DNA from: Octopus sinensis
Lineage: Eukaryota
Direction of reading: 5' to 3'
Length of the DNA stretch: 64,000 nt
NCBI RefSeq assembly: GCF_006345805.1
Contig: NC_042997.1
Span: forward strand, 196,168,001-196,232,000
The position numbers were made by a program, and so were the translations under genes. A model generated the notes under the pieces. That model did not search any database, was not told where the DNA came from, and saw only the letters and a list, made by a program, of their open reading frames with translations. Of the stretch, positions 50,600 through 63,198 are shown in pieces (positions within the stretch are counted from its first letter, which is position 1; each line of letters starts with the position of its first letter).

Positions 50600-52936
50600 T
50601 AAGAATTCCATGTCTACACCTTGCAGATCCCTGATGTTCTGTGAAATGGTATTGAGAAGTTTTGGTCCCTTGAATCCCAAACTATTACAATATTGGGTTC
50701 GTATCCTCGATGGGGAAGATGAAACATTTAATACTGTGCCGTGCCATCCTCCAGTTCAGGGACAGTTGTAGATTTCGATTCCGAAATTTGGAGTTAGACC
50801 CTCCATTACTTTCCATATGTATAACACTGCATATCTCTCACGTCTCCTCTCCAGGGAGTAGAGTCTCAGTTCCTTCAACCTCGCCCAGTAGCCTGTGTGT
50901 TTTACTAAGTCTATCTTCTTTGTGTAGTGACGTTGGATCGCTTCTAGTTCCGCAATTAGTTTTACACTCTGTTGGAAGCAGTAGTCCAGACGACTGAGGA
51001 CAAAGGTTCTCTGAAGCAGAAGCACTATGTCTCTGTTCCTGGTCCTGAAAGATCCTGTCAGTAGGATCTTTGACCGCCTGCGATACTTTTGTATCATCGG
51101 CGTAGCTGGTGAGTGTGGCTGACTCTATGGCTTAGAGTATGTCCGAGAGAGCAACCACAAACAGTAGTGGTCCCAGCACTATTCCCTGGGGGACTCCACT
51201 TAGGATTGGTGTCACTTCAGAGAGAACACCATTTGTTGTGACAGCCTGACTTCTGCCCTTCAGAAAATCATGCAATCACTCTCCCAGTCTACCAGAGATA
51301 ATCACGAAATTTGTGACATATCATCCCAAGATCGACTTTGTCAAAGGACTTGGCAAAATCGAATATATCACATCCACATTTGAATAGTTAAGCTGTTGTT
51401 TTAGTACCCAGTCGAAGTGCTGTAGTAGCTGTGTTATGCAGCTCCTTCTAGGACGGAAATTATGTTGCGTGTCTGTAAGCGTTTTCTCCTAGGAACATGG
51501 TCAGTCATTTTTCTGACAATGCGTTCCATGATTTTGCTGACATGTAAGGCCAGGAAGATAGGCCTGTAGTTTATAGCATCTGCTCTGCTTCCTCCTTTGT
51601 GGACAGGGCAAAGTATTCCCTTACTTAAAGTTTGAGGAAATGTCCCGTATTCTGGAAAAGCATGCAATGGTTTTGCAAGAGCTTTCTTGCATGTTTTTAA
51701 CAGAATTGCTGGCAGACCATCTGGGCCTTTTGCAGAGTTTGGATTTATCTCGTCAATGGCCGACAATACATCCTCTTTTGTAATGTCAATGTAATTGATG
51801 GTCGCATTTTACTCTTGCAAGGTAGAGGTGTTGAAGAACTTATCAGGTCTGCTTATTTTCATGTTTTCTACTGTGGAAGTGAAAACATTTTAGTATTGTT
51901 TATTGAGTGTTTCACTTATCCTCTTGGGCTTTGTAGTCAGCGAGCCCTTTTCATCAAACAGTTGCCCTCTCTTGTATCGCATTGAGGCAGACTCTTTTGC
52001 GAACTTGTAGAAGGCTTTAGGGTTTCTTTTTATATTTTCCACCGCCCTTGTTTTTCTGTTTACACTTTCTTTTTAATGGAAGAATCTCATTTTATTCTCA
52101 GTCTCTAAGAGTACCATTTCGCTGTTATTAGGATCCTTATTTAAGCGATTCGAGATCTTTATCTTCCGTCTCATTAGGATTCTTCTATCTCAGAGAATAA
52201 TGTTCTTATATGTGGTGGCTTTTCTCTCTGGGTAAACTTATTGCATATGGCTTGCATTATTGACAAATTCATTGAATTTCATGTCAATGTCTTGCATGGA
52301 CAGACTTTTAAGCCAGTTTTGCTGGAGTATCTCTTTGTTGATGGACTTTCAGTCAGCCTTGTAGAAGTTCAGGTTGGCTAGTGCTTGGGATCCAGCAGTG
52401 TTGTATGATTCTTTATTTAACTTTACACCATATATTGACAGTTATATCATTTTATGGTCTGAGTGGGTAGACGGTGATAAGTTTATGTTGTGCATAAGTT
52501 CCATATTATTTGTGAAGCTGAGGTTCAGGATGTTGTTATTTTTGGTTAGGGAAAGTATGGTCCGCTCCATGAACAGCATTTTCGTGAGATTTACTAGAGA
52601 TTCTGCCTTTCCATGTCACTCCTGAGATTATGACACCTTTCAGCCACTTAATGTTGGGGAAGTTGAAGTCACCCATTAGAAGTACATTAAGGTATTGGTG
52701 TAGGTTTGTGAGTACTTTTTTTATCTTTGTAAGACATTCCTGAAAGTTGCCGTCGTAGTTTGAGGCATTGAGTGGACAGTATAATGTGCATAATACCACA
52801 TCAAGTTGCTTTAGATATACTATGAGTGTGTCGCAAACCACATTTGAATGCGAGAGCAGTGTCAATGCTGTGATATCTTCAGGGATGTACATCGCAACTC
52901 CACCGTGGCTTCTCTCTTTTCTGTCTGTGTATATTA
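50600..52936 (-). mobile_element. CR1-clade LINE ORF2 remnant (APE endonuclease plus RT), decayed with internal deletions
   Basis: DR..R.HGGVAMYI, LMGDFNFPNIKW, GPDGLPAILLK, NYRPI, DFAKSFDKV, GPLLF, YADD, LYSLERRRERY. Confidence 0.92.
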
Positions 52937-53239
52937 GGTTTGTTCCTTCTCGAGTCATGTCTAGCTCATAAGGGCCAGTTCCCGGTTTACTTGGCGTATA
53001 GGTTCCCCACTTGGACGGGACACCAGTCCGTCGTAGGTGAGCTGCAAGGTGCAGGAGGAAAGAGTGAGAGAAAGTTGTGGCGAAAGAGTCAGCAGACGTC
53101 TCGCTATTACATTCTGCCGGAGCCGCGTGGAGCTTAGGTGTTTCGCTCATAAACATACACATCACCCGGTCTGAGATTCGAACCCGTGATCCCTCGACAG
53201 CGAATCCACTGCTCTAACCCCTAGGCCATGTGCCTCCAC
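52937..53239 (-). mobile_element. SINE family B inserted in the CR1 endonuclease region
   Basis: TSD tctgtgtatatta (52924-52936 / 53240-53252). Confidence 0.92.
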
Positions 53240-54229
53240 TCTGTGTATATTATTCACTGGTAATTTAATATTGTAACTTGTAGTAGTGATATATTAATGT
53301 TTTGTTTTATTATTAACTTTTGAATGATGAAATAATGTAGTCCACTCATAAAAATAGTTAAATTAATTTCAATCGTATTTTGTTTGGGAAAAAAATTTAT
53401 TAGGTTTGGACTCATTATAGTAGCATCTATGGAAGACCGGTGGGATTATTATTTATATGGACTTAAAGATTTATCGCAGTTTAGCATATAATTTACATAT
53501 TACAGTTTACTATTAATACCGATACAATATATGTCTCTTGTTGTAGTTTTAGTAAAGTTAGTGTTTACTCCTGCCTATATATTGATTGATTGATTGAAAT
53601 AATGTGGTTATTAAGCTTTTACTTTATATTACGCAACGGAAGACGGTAGGGATTATAATTTTGTATGACTTTGTATTATTATAATTTTGTATGACTTGTT
53701 GCTGTTTAGTTACGTTTAGCAGTAGCTGTAATTTACTTATGAATTTATTTATCGATACGGTTGTACATAGGGCAAATGTGTCTGAAAGTTGTGGTTTCTT
53801 TTGTTTGTTCCCAAACAACACTTATTTTAGTGCTGTTGCCACCACCGGATTGAGTGGTACTGCCCAAGTGTCGAAACTATAATGATATCCGGGGGACAGC
53901 TGATGATGGAGGTATGTTGGATTGCTGGTATAGCTGTTTTTGTATATGTGGATAAGCATTATTTGGTAGTTGGTACAGCTGTTGAATAGTGTTATAACAT
54001 ATCCTTTTTATATAAATATATATATATATATATGTATATGGTCTAAATGGCTAACTCTGCGATGGACTGGCATTCTCTGGAAAAGGAATGTTGTCTTACA
54101 CACCTAGCAAATCGGGTAGCATCAGTGCGAGAAAGTGCATTGTGACAAGCAGTATATAACAACATCCGATTGTCTAGCCTATACAGTGATGAATATATGT
54201 CTACATACATAGATACATATATACATACG

Positions 54230-54289
<60 letters not shown>

Positions 54290-54541
54290 ATATCTATATA
54301 TATATATATTATATATATATAAGTATATATATATATGGCTGTGAGTGCGTGTGTGTGTGTGTCTTTGTATACATATATTTGAATAAAACATTTTATTTTT
54401 ATCAAAAAAGATGTAAATATTTCCATTACATTTCTATGCATATGAAAATGAAGATAGAAAATAGTGTTTCCATATAACACAAAACAGTTTTACTGCAAAA
54501 ATATATATTTATATATATGTGTGTATGCCTTTAGAAGCTAA

Positions 54542-54577
<36 letters not shown>

Positions 54578-54919
54578 TGTGGCTAAAAACTTTTTCTCAT
54601 AGAAAAATGTTATCAAATAAAAAAATGTTTTCCGCATAAAAAAAGTTTTACCGAATATATTTTAGTGCATATTGTAACCAAAGAGGTTTCGCAATGTCAA
54701 GAAAATCACACACACACACACACACACACATACACACACACACATACACACATACAGACTCACATCCATTGCGTATGTGTATATATATATATATATATAT
54801 AATTAAATATATTTAAGTGTTTAGCAACAAGTTGCTTCACCACATACCGGAAATTTAGAAATAGCAGCCTAAGACAGCTAATTCCTTTTCACTACAGATA
54901 TGACTCCACAGATAACAGT

Positions 54920-55002
54920 ATTTGTAACTCACATAGGCAAAAAGAAGAATAAATTTCGTTATTTTTTCTTCTATTTGCTTATCTGAGTTACAAATATAGT
55001 TG
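54920..55002. repeat. Imperfect hairpin
   Basis: tatttgtaactcacataggcaaaaagaagaa / ttcttctatttgcttatctgagttacaaata. Confidence 0.7.
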
Positions 55003-55255
55003 CTAAACCCTTAATTATATATAAGTATATATAAAAATAATTTTTGTAAAAATTTCTACCGATAACGGTTCTTTTTCCATACCGAAACTACTTGGTAAAA
55101 ATTATTAATTATTAAATTAATAATTCTTTACCCTATATCTGTAATGAGTATATGTATATATATATTATATATGTATATATATTATATATATATATGTAAA
55201 AATTATTAATTATTAAATTAATAATTCTTTACCCTATATCTGTAATGAGTATATA

Positions 55256-55294
<39 letters not shown>

Positions 55295-56483
55295 GTAATT
55301 AAACTGAGACACATTGTTAGGTCGATCTAATTTGCACACAGAAACAACATCATGTAAATATCAAACTATGAGCAGAAGTGTTAGCAGTTGATAGTCTTGA
55401 ATTCTATGGAGATAAAACGACCCAACTTAGTGAAGAGACACGCTCTTGGTTGTTCAGGCTTGTGCTTTATATAAAAATACTTTCTAGAATATTTCCGCAG
55501 TGCAGATTCCAGGGTAGGTGAAGAAAATATAAACAAGTAACAAAGATGTACAGGTGTCAATACATTACGGCCGTTTCAATCGACTCCTTTTATCTCTTAT
55601 TATAAAAGGCAGATTTTATCTGCCTCCCTTTGGGAGTTATAGAAATCTACAATATAGGATTTCTTCAATTACAATTTACCTAGCATTTTTAAGAGTAGAA
55701 TGCATCGGGTCATGCCAGGTCCAGTTTTTAAAATTTAAACTCCAATTAAGCAAAATTTACAGAAAACTCACATTCTGGTGTGTGTGTCAAATGCTTTTCT
55801 TAGTCTGGTTTACACCACACGCAAACGCACACACACAGTGTGCAACGAATAAAATGAAAGTAAATAGCGACAGAGTGATTTGAGGAAGACTAAACAGAAA
55901 GTATTTAAACCACTACTCAAAAAATAACAAAAACACAGCAAACAGAAACAAATAAATACATAACGATTTACTCCCCACACAATTTCTTCAATTAGAATTT
56001 ACCTAAGATTTTTCAAAGTACTCCATTCGCTCATGCCATAATATATTTCTTTCAATTTCACCCCCAATTAAGACAAAATTCGAGAAAACTCAATATTTTA
56101 ACATTTCACTCCGAAAGCATTGATGTACATGTGTGCGTGCGTGAGTGTGTGTGTGTCATTCCTCACACACACGCATACACATACATATACAACTACATAC
56201 AACTACATACACATACAACTACATACAAACACGTGTGTGTTTGTTATTAAAAAAGGCGCCAAAATACGACTCACTTATCATTCCAACACATTTGCAAAGA
56301 CACACGGACGGACAGAAAAGGTAAATTGGTTTTTATTTTACTCTGTATATATTTTATTATATAATATTATATATAGATATATGTATATATAATTGCAGTA
56401 TGAAACAGTGTTTATGTATAAACAGACGACACTTATATATAGTTATTATAATAAGAGATTAATAAATGTATGCATCCCTTTAA

Positions 56484-56809
56484 CCCTTTCGTTACCAAGC
56501 CGCCCGAATTTACCTATTCATATTTAAATGAGAATATCAGAGCAAATCTCTTTAGTACATTCGTGAAAACACGTATTATACTTCGTAAAGACTTCAACTA
56601 CAGTTTTGTACAAAAATCGAAGTGTAATTTTAATTCCGTGAATTATGGGAGATTTTTTTCCGAAATTTGTTCCTATTGTGTTTTCAAAATTTGTAATTCT
56701 GACAAAAAATGGATACGAATTTCATTATATCAAGCAGCGAGTCAGAATTCGAAGGATTTTCTACTGAAGACCTTCATAAATCTAACTCTATGACTGAAAA
56801 AAAAAAGCA
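56484..56809 (+). mobile_element. piggyBac-like left end with start of transposase
   Basis: TTAA|CCCTTTCG terminus; acidic N-terminus MDTNFIISSSESEFEGFSTEDL; right end not found. Confidence 0.55.
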
Positions 56810-57203
56810 TCTTTATATAAGAGTGAAGTTGTGTGTCTGTCTACTACGATTTAGATTCCTAACTACTCCCACATTTTGCGGTGCAGTTTAACCAAAAGCG
56901 GGTATCTTATAGTCGTGATTCATATCGAGCCCTTCTGGGTATTAGCGTGCGTCTACGATGAGTCTACGATTTAAAAAAAAATTACCATCATATTTTTCCA
57001 TTTTAATGCATTTTTTTCGCTTTTATATAAGGGAAGTAACTCTCTAAAAATATCTACGATGTGTCAACGATTTAAAAAAAAATTACCTTAATTTTTTTTC
57101 AATTTTTAATGCATTTTTTTGCTATTTTTTGGCTATAACTCTCTAAAAATGCTTATATAGTTATTTCCCTTACAACCCGAGCAACGCCGGGTGATACTGC
57201 TAG
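56810..57203 (+). mobile_element. Non-autonomous Helitron
   Basis: A|TC 5' end, cccg..cggg hairpin (57176-57191), CTAG|T 3' end, internal ~100-bp tandem duplication. Confidence 0.85.
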
Positions 57204-57207
57204 TAGA

Positions 57208-57364
57208 TTAATAAAAACATTACATCATTGCATAGAAACCGTTTTCGTCAGATGACTGCATAGGCTTCGAATGCAAAGGGCAGGTCAACTGTCCTTTGCA
57301 TTTGAAATCTATGCGGTCATCTGACGAAAACGGTTTCTTTCCAATGATGTAATGTTTTCATTAA
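57208..57364. repeat. Foldback element (~70-bp arms)
   Basis: aacattacatcattg..gaaaccgttttcgtcagatgac / gtcatctgacgaaaacggtttc..caatgatgtaatgtt. Confidence 0.85.
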
Positions 57365-57473
57365 TCAATTAATTGATTTGCTTGAAACAGCGGTAATGAA
57401 ATGACACCTGTACCTCTTTCTTATTCATATATATATATGTATATATATACATATATATATATATTTATGTATG

Positions 57474-57505
<32 letters not shown>

Positions 57506-57619
57506 AAGTTGTCAGAATTTTAGAAAAAATTCGTTATTCTTAGCGCTTTTGCCGAATAGAATTAGTTTCTGGTATTGTAATCCCCACCCCTGGGCTAGTG
57601 TACCCTGTATGTTTTCGTT

Positions 57620-58065
57620 CACTATCGCGTACTAGTAGAGCAGGGCTTGGGATTTTCCAGCATTAAGCTGCATATTATTGTCCTCAGCCCATCTGTAAAT
57701 TGAATCCAACTCCTGCTGCAGGCGTGCAACATCCCTAGGGTTTTGTATCTTCTACAAGACTCTCGTGTTGTCTGCATAGTTAGCAAGGGTGGCTATCCGG
57801 GTAGCTGAGGGGATGTACCATGAAAAACAGCGGTCCGACGTCAGCAACATGTGGGACACCACTCAATACCAGTGTGTTCCCTTTGACGTGGCACCATTGG
57901 ACACCACTGCCTGAATTCTATCATGCAACAACTTTCCAGGTTTTCCAGCTATGCCAAGATCACGCAGTTTGTGGCATATCATATCATGATGAATTTTATC
58001 ATAAGCTTTTGCAAAGTGAAGGTATATTACTCCACATTTGAGCTGTCGAGCAACCGCCTTAACAC
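57620..58065 (-). mobile_element. CR1-clade RT fragment
   Basis: IYLHFAKAYDKIHH, SGVP, GPLFF, YADN, LQQELDSIYRWAEDNNMQLN. Confidence 0.85.
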
Positions 58066-58250
58066 TCAGTCACAACGCTGCTATATATAACTGCTATCTT
58101 TATTTTACCATAAGTAACAGAGTGACTCAATCTTCGAGAGTTCCGTGCGTTGGCACTTATCAAGCTGACCCAATTTGATAAGTGCCAGCGCACAAAAAGC
58201 TCAGGCCTTCATTCACTCTGTTACTTCCGCTAAATATTAATAAAATTACA

Positions 58251-58652
58251 CAGGAGTGGCTGTGTGGTAAGTAGCTTGCTAACCAACCACATGGTTCCGG
58301 GTTCAGTCCCACTGCGTGACATCTTGGGCAACTGTCTCCTGCTATAGCTCCGGGCCGACCAATGCCTTGTGAGTGGATTTGGTAGACGGAAACTGAAAGA
58401 AGCCTGTCGTATATATGTATATATGTGTATGTATGTGGTGTGTGTGTGTGTGTTTGTTCCCCTAGCATTGCTTGACAACCGATGCTGGTATGTTTATGTC
58501 CCCGTCACTTAGCGGTTCGGCAGAAAGAGACCGATAGAATAAGTACTGGGCTTACAAAAAGAATAAGTTCTGGGGTCGAGTTGCTCGACTAAAGGCGGTG
58601 CTCCAGCATGACCGCAGCTAAATGACTGAAACAAGTAAAAGAGTAAAAGAGT
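58251..58652 (+). mobile_element. SINE family D
   Basis: Full family D structure. Confidence 0.92.
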
Positions 58653-58762
58653 ATATATTCGTATTTTAAGTTTTATTTTCCTGTTTGCATCAACATAGCT
58701 GTATATAGATAGATAGACAGACAGACAGACAGGTAGATAGATAGATAGATAGATAGATAGAT

Positions 58763-59934
58763 ATGTTTCTTTATTAGCCACACAGGGCTGCACACAGATA
58801 GAACAAATTACAAGGTAGAGCTTTTCTTTTGGGGGTAAAAAAAGGAGAGTGGTGGTTTTCGATCAAAAGGGATCGTAAAAGGAAAGAAAAAGGACAAAAA
58901 AAGGGGAGGGGTTAAAAAGGGGGGGGAGAAAAAAATGAATAATAGGGATCGTTATCACAGAAATGTCAATATGAAGTGTAAAGGGGAGGACAGGTGAGGT
59001 TTACCCGTGGAAAGAAAAGCCTACGGAAAAGACCACGGTAACCTCGGTCAATGAAGTCACGTTATATTTCTTTTTTTTTTTTTTTTGCAAATAAGCAACT
59101 CTCTGTATTTTTATGGTTCATAGAATCATAGTCAAGGTGGCTTCGTCATTCATACGTGCCATCCTTGCTACATTCACCCATCTTTTTTTAAAACATTCAC
59201 TAGACAAAACTTGCCTCTCTACTCTCACTTTCCTCTTCAAGTGATACTTGAAGAAGTTGATGAGAGATTGACCAGAGAGGAAAGTGTTTGTCTCTAATCC
59301 TTTCAGGCGCGTCCACCAGATACATTCTTTGGCCATAGCCACAAGTATGATAAAAATAGCTCTTCCTTCCCGTTTGAAGGAAGGAGGCGTGACGATATTA
59401 ACGATAGACTCGGCTGATAAACCGACACGTCCCACACGTGACAGCAGTCGTTCGACATAAGCCCACAGGTCGGAAATTGCTGGACACTGCACGATTGCGT
59501 GCAGAGCGGTTTCGTCGCTCTGACCGCATCTCGGGCAGGTCGGCCCCGTGTTTCTGGAGCCATGCCTATAGAGCTTATCCCGAACGGGTAGCGCTTCTCG
59601 GTAGCACCGCCAGGCCAGGGATCTCTGGAAGTTGTCCATAGGTCCCGGGCCGAAAGTCGTTTGAAACAGGCGGGTCAGGTATTCCTGGTCGACGCCCAGG
59701 TGTGCCCCGAGCTCGTCGTCGTACCTCCCCTCCACTAATCCCCTATAGAATGCTTTGGTTGTGTTGAAGTCACTCAAGGTCGACCCGGGACGGCAGAGTT
59801 GCTTGAGAGCAACGCGACACTCGCGGTGCCAATCGCCCTTCCTCGCCCTCTTTTTGATCCACGACTGTAGTTCGGTCATGGAGACGAGTTGCGGGAATGC
59901 GTGCCTCACAAACGGCGACCACACCTGTTCACCA
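58763..59934 (-). mobile_element. Tx1/L1-clade LINE 3' end (ORF2 C-terminal zinc knuckle plus 3' UTR), 5'-truncated
   Basis: Uninterrupted 268-aa frame with LAWRCYREALPV and CPRCGQSDETALHAIVQC; (TAGA)n on both sides. Confidence 0.9.
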
Positions 59935-60155
59935 GATAGATAGATAGGTAGATAGATAGATAGATAGATAGATGTGTATATGCATATATATGTATAAGTT
60001 TGTGTGTATAGATATATGTGTATATATTCGCGGAGTAAGACACGTAATTTTTATTCGCCGTCTGCCTTTTACCATGCTCGTTTTAAGTGAGCTCAATGTA
60101 GTTTAGGGGTGCATTTGACTCCTATTTCTAACAAAGATGGTGCTTTACAGTACCA

Positions 60156-60202
<47 letters not shown>

Positions 60203-60267
60203 ATGTGTGTTTACATTCAACATATCGATTAATCCCCCAAAATTGAATATATACGTATATGTATAAG

Positions 60268-60302
<35 letters not shown>

Positions 60303-60458
60303 TGGCAGGGCTGGCCTGCTAAGTAGCCGGCCAGAATGCTAGAAGAAGATCATCAACGATCAAACTACAAGGGAAGTTCTCTAGAGGAAGAATTCAGCGA
60401 ACACCAGAACCAACTTTGGCGGGCAGGACATATGAAAAATTAAATAAATAACAGACTT

Positions 60459-60535
60459 AAATGCATACCTCGGTTTCGGTCTTAACAAAAGAATTACTTG
60501 CATAATTCAAGTGTCCGTGACTTCTTCAGTACATT
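60459..60535 (-). ncRNA. Type I hammerhead ribozyme, repeat unit 1
   Basis: aatgta CTGAAGA agtc..gacc GAAA ccgagg TA tgcatt. Confidence 0.75.
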
Positions 60536-61004
60536 CGGTCCTCGTGATGCAAACCGCAAGACTAACCCCAGCTCTCTGTGTCAAGACAGACACGTGCTTA
60601 GTCTTACTGATTACATCGGGAATAAAATTTCAAATGTCTTGGTTCTGTCGTGCTGAGAGACTCCTGAAGTGAAGGACTGCAGTGAATAATTCACTGCGGA
60701 TAGTGCTAACAACTAGGGAACGTATTTATTTAAATATTTAAAAATTGAGGGAGATAAATTAATATTAATTTTAATATCAATTTAAAACCAGTAGTCCAGC
60801 ATTCAAAAAATCTGAGGAGTCAGAGAAAATTCAAATATATGTGTATATTGGCGGGGCTGGCCTGTTAGGTAGCCATCCAGAATGCTAGAAGAAGATCATC
60901 AATGATCAAACTACAAGGGAAGTTCTCTAGAGGAAGAATTCAGCGAACACCAGAACCAACTTTGGCGGGCAGGACATATGAAAAATTAAATAAATAACAG
61001 ACTT

Positions 61005-61081
61005 AAATGCATACCTCGGTTTCGGTCTTAACAAAAGAATTACTTGCATAATTCAAGTGTCCGTGACTTCTTCAGTACATT
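61005..61081 (-). ncRNA. Type I hammerhead ribozyme, repeat unit 2
   Basis: Identical to unit 1, offset 546. Confidence 0.75.
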
Positions 61082-61325
61082 CGGTCCTCGTGATGCAAAC
61101 TGAAAGACTAACCCCAGCTCTCTGTGTCAAGACAGACACGTGCTTAGTCTTACTGATTACATCGGGAATAAAATTTCAAATGTCTTGGTTCTGGCGCGCT
61201 GAGAGACTCCTGAAGTGAAGGACTGCAGTGAATAATTCACTGCGGATAGTGCTAACAACTAGGGAACGTATTTATTTAAATATTTAAAAATTGAGGGAGA
61301 TAAATTAATATTAATTTTAATATCA

Positions 61326-61374
<49 letters not shown>

Positions 61375-61487
61375 TATTTATATATGTGTATGTACATTTA
61401 TAGATATTTATATATGTACATATATATATATGAGTGTGTGTATATGTTTGTGTGTGTTTGTGCCTGTGGTTGTCCCCCCCTACCACC

Positions 61488-63198
61488 AGACTCAACAGGC
61501 GTATCGATTGAGGACCCTTATCAACAGAGTCAATTATTTGCCGAGGCTTTTTCAACTATTTTCAAACAAGATGATGGTCGTGAACTCCCTCCATTTGATA
61601 GATCGGTACCTCCAATGCTTCGATTGGTCATCACGCGGGACGAAGTCAAACGTGTTATTCAAGGCCTCGATGTCAACAAGGGTCACGGCCCTGACGGCAT
61701 ACACCCACGGGTTATCAAAGCGTTGGCTCCGGTCATCTGCGAGCCCTTAACACGACTATTCAATATGTCATTGGCGACGGGTGTTATACCTGCAGACTTG
61801 AGAACAGCGATAATCTGCCCAATTTTCAAGAAAGGGAGCCGCGAAGACCCGCTTAACTACCGACCGGTTTCCCTTACATCAATAATCAGCAAGATGTTTG
61901 AAACCATCCTTAAGAAAGGTATGATGCTCCACCTCCTAAGCACAGCCTCTATCTCTGATTCCCAACACGGCTTCGTGCCGAAGAGATCATGCTTGACCAA
62001 CTTACTAGTAATGGAAGAATTGGTGACGCGCATCCTCGATGATAGTGATGCTGTTGACATCGTTTTATTGGACTTTGCCAAAGCTTTTGACTCGGTAAAC
62101 CACCGCCTATTTCTTGTCAAGCTTCAAGCATATAGTTTCCATCCGGGTATTATACGATGGGTTGGTGCCTTCCTCTCAGATCGCTCCTTCCGAGTCCAAG
62201 TTAATGGTTCGCGGTCCGACGTCTCCAGTGCGAGCAGTGGCGTGCCTCAAGGTTCAGTACTTGGGCCCTTGTTGTTCTTAGTCTTCATAAATGACTTGCC
62301 CGACGACCTCACGCAACATACCCTTCTATTTGCCGACGATATCAAACTGGTCGCTCCTCGCGGTAATGTAGAGGATCTTCGTCGATGCCTCCACCAAATT
62401 TGGAAGTGGTCTAACGATTGGGACCTGTGTCTGAACGTGTCAAAGTGCTGTCATCTGCCTGTCGGCTCTACTCCTACAACTCAACTTGATTTCGAGCCGA
62501 GTCGTCTGCTGCTGGAGATACCGATCAGGTAAAGGACCTGGGTATCTTGGTGGATTCCTCCTTTTCGCCTTCGGCCCAGTGCGTCCATGCTACCAACAAA
62601 GCACGCGGAATTCTGTTCTTGATTCGACGGTCATTCGGAATGCTCACAGCAGCCATATTCCTACCACTCTATGTCACGCTGGTGAGACCCATATTGGAGT
62701 ATGGGATTCAAGCCTCTTCTCCTTATCTCCTCAAAGACATACAGCATCTCGAAAGAGTCCAGAAGCTGGCTACCCGCATGGTTCATGGTCTCAAAAATTG
62801 TCCTACGAAGAAAGGCTGAGGACGCTCGACCTTTATTCTCTTGAAAAACGCCGCCGCCGAGGTGATCTCATTCTCGCCCACAACATCATAAGCGGAAAGT
62901 GTAACCTCTCGAAAGAGCTGTTCTTCACTCCTGCTCCAGAGCGTCGGCTGCGGGGTCATTCCGAAAAGCTCTACCTGCGACGATTTCATCTCAATCGAAG
63001 GAGAGGAGCTTTCTCCGTCCGGGTTGCGGATCCGTGGAACAAGCTGCCAGACGAGATGGTGAAGATACCGACGACCGCTTTGTTCAAAGCCTCCCTGGAC
63101 CTCAAGTGGCCTGAACACCACCCTGTACTTAACTCCATGTCCCCCTACATGGCCTTGCTATTTGCTTTTGAGCCAAATTAACTAACTAACTAACTAAC
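61488..63198 (+). mobile_element. CR1-clade LINE, 5'-truncated RT with two frameshifts and (TAAC)n tail
   Basis: GPDGIHP, NYRPVSLTS, QHGF, DFAKAFDSV, GVPQGSVLGPLLF, FADD, RPILEY, WNKLP. Confidence 0.95.

Larger units (their letters stand above)
60295..61330 (-). repeat. 546-bp tandem repeat (about 1.9 units), one hammerhead per unit
   Basis: attggc..ggctggcctg at 60301 and 60847; units nearly identical. Confidence 0.92.

Noticed and set aside
52536-53165. 209-aa ORF as a single gene
   Set aside because: Chimeric read-through from SINE B into the CR1 endonuclease remnant.
55119-55255. Duplicated ~55-bp block separated by TA
   Set aside because: Simple local slippage duplication; a comparable degenerate duplication at 40060-40520 was also judged unremarkable.
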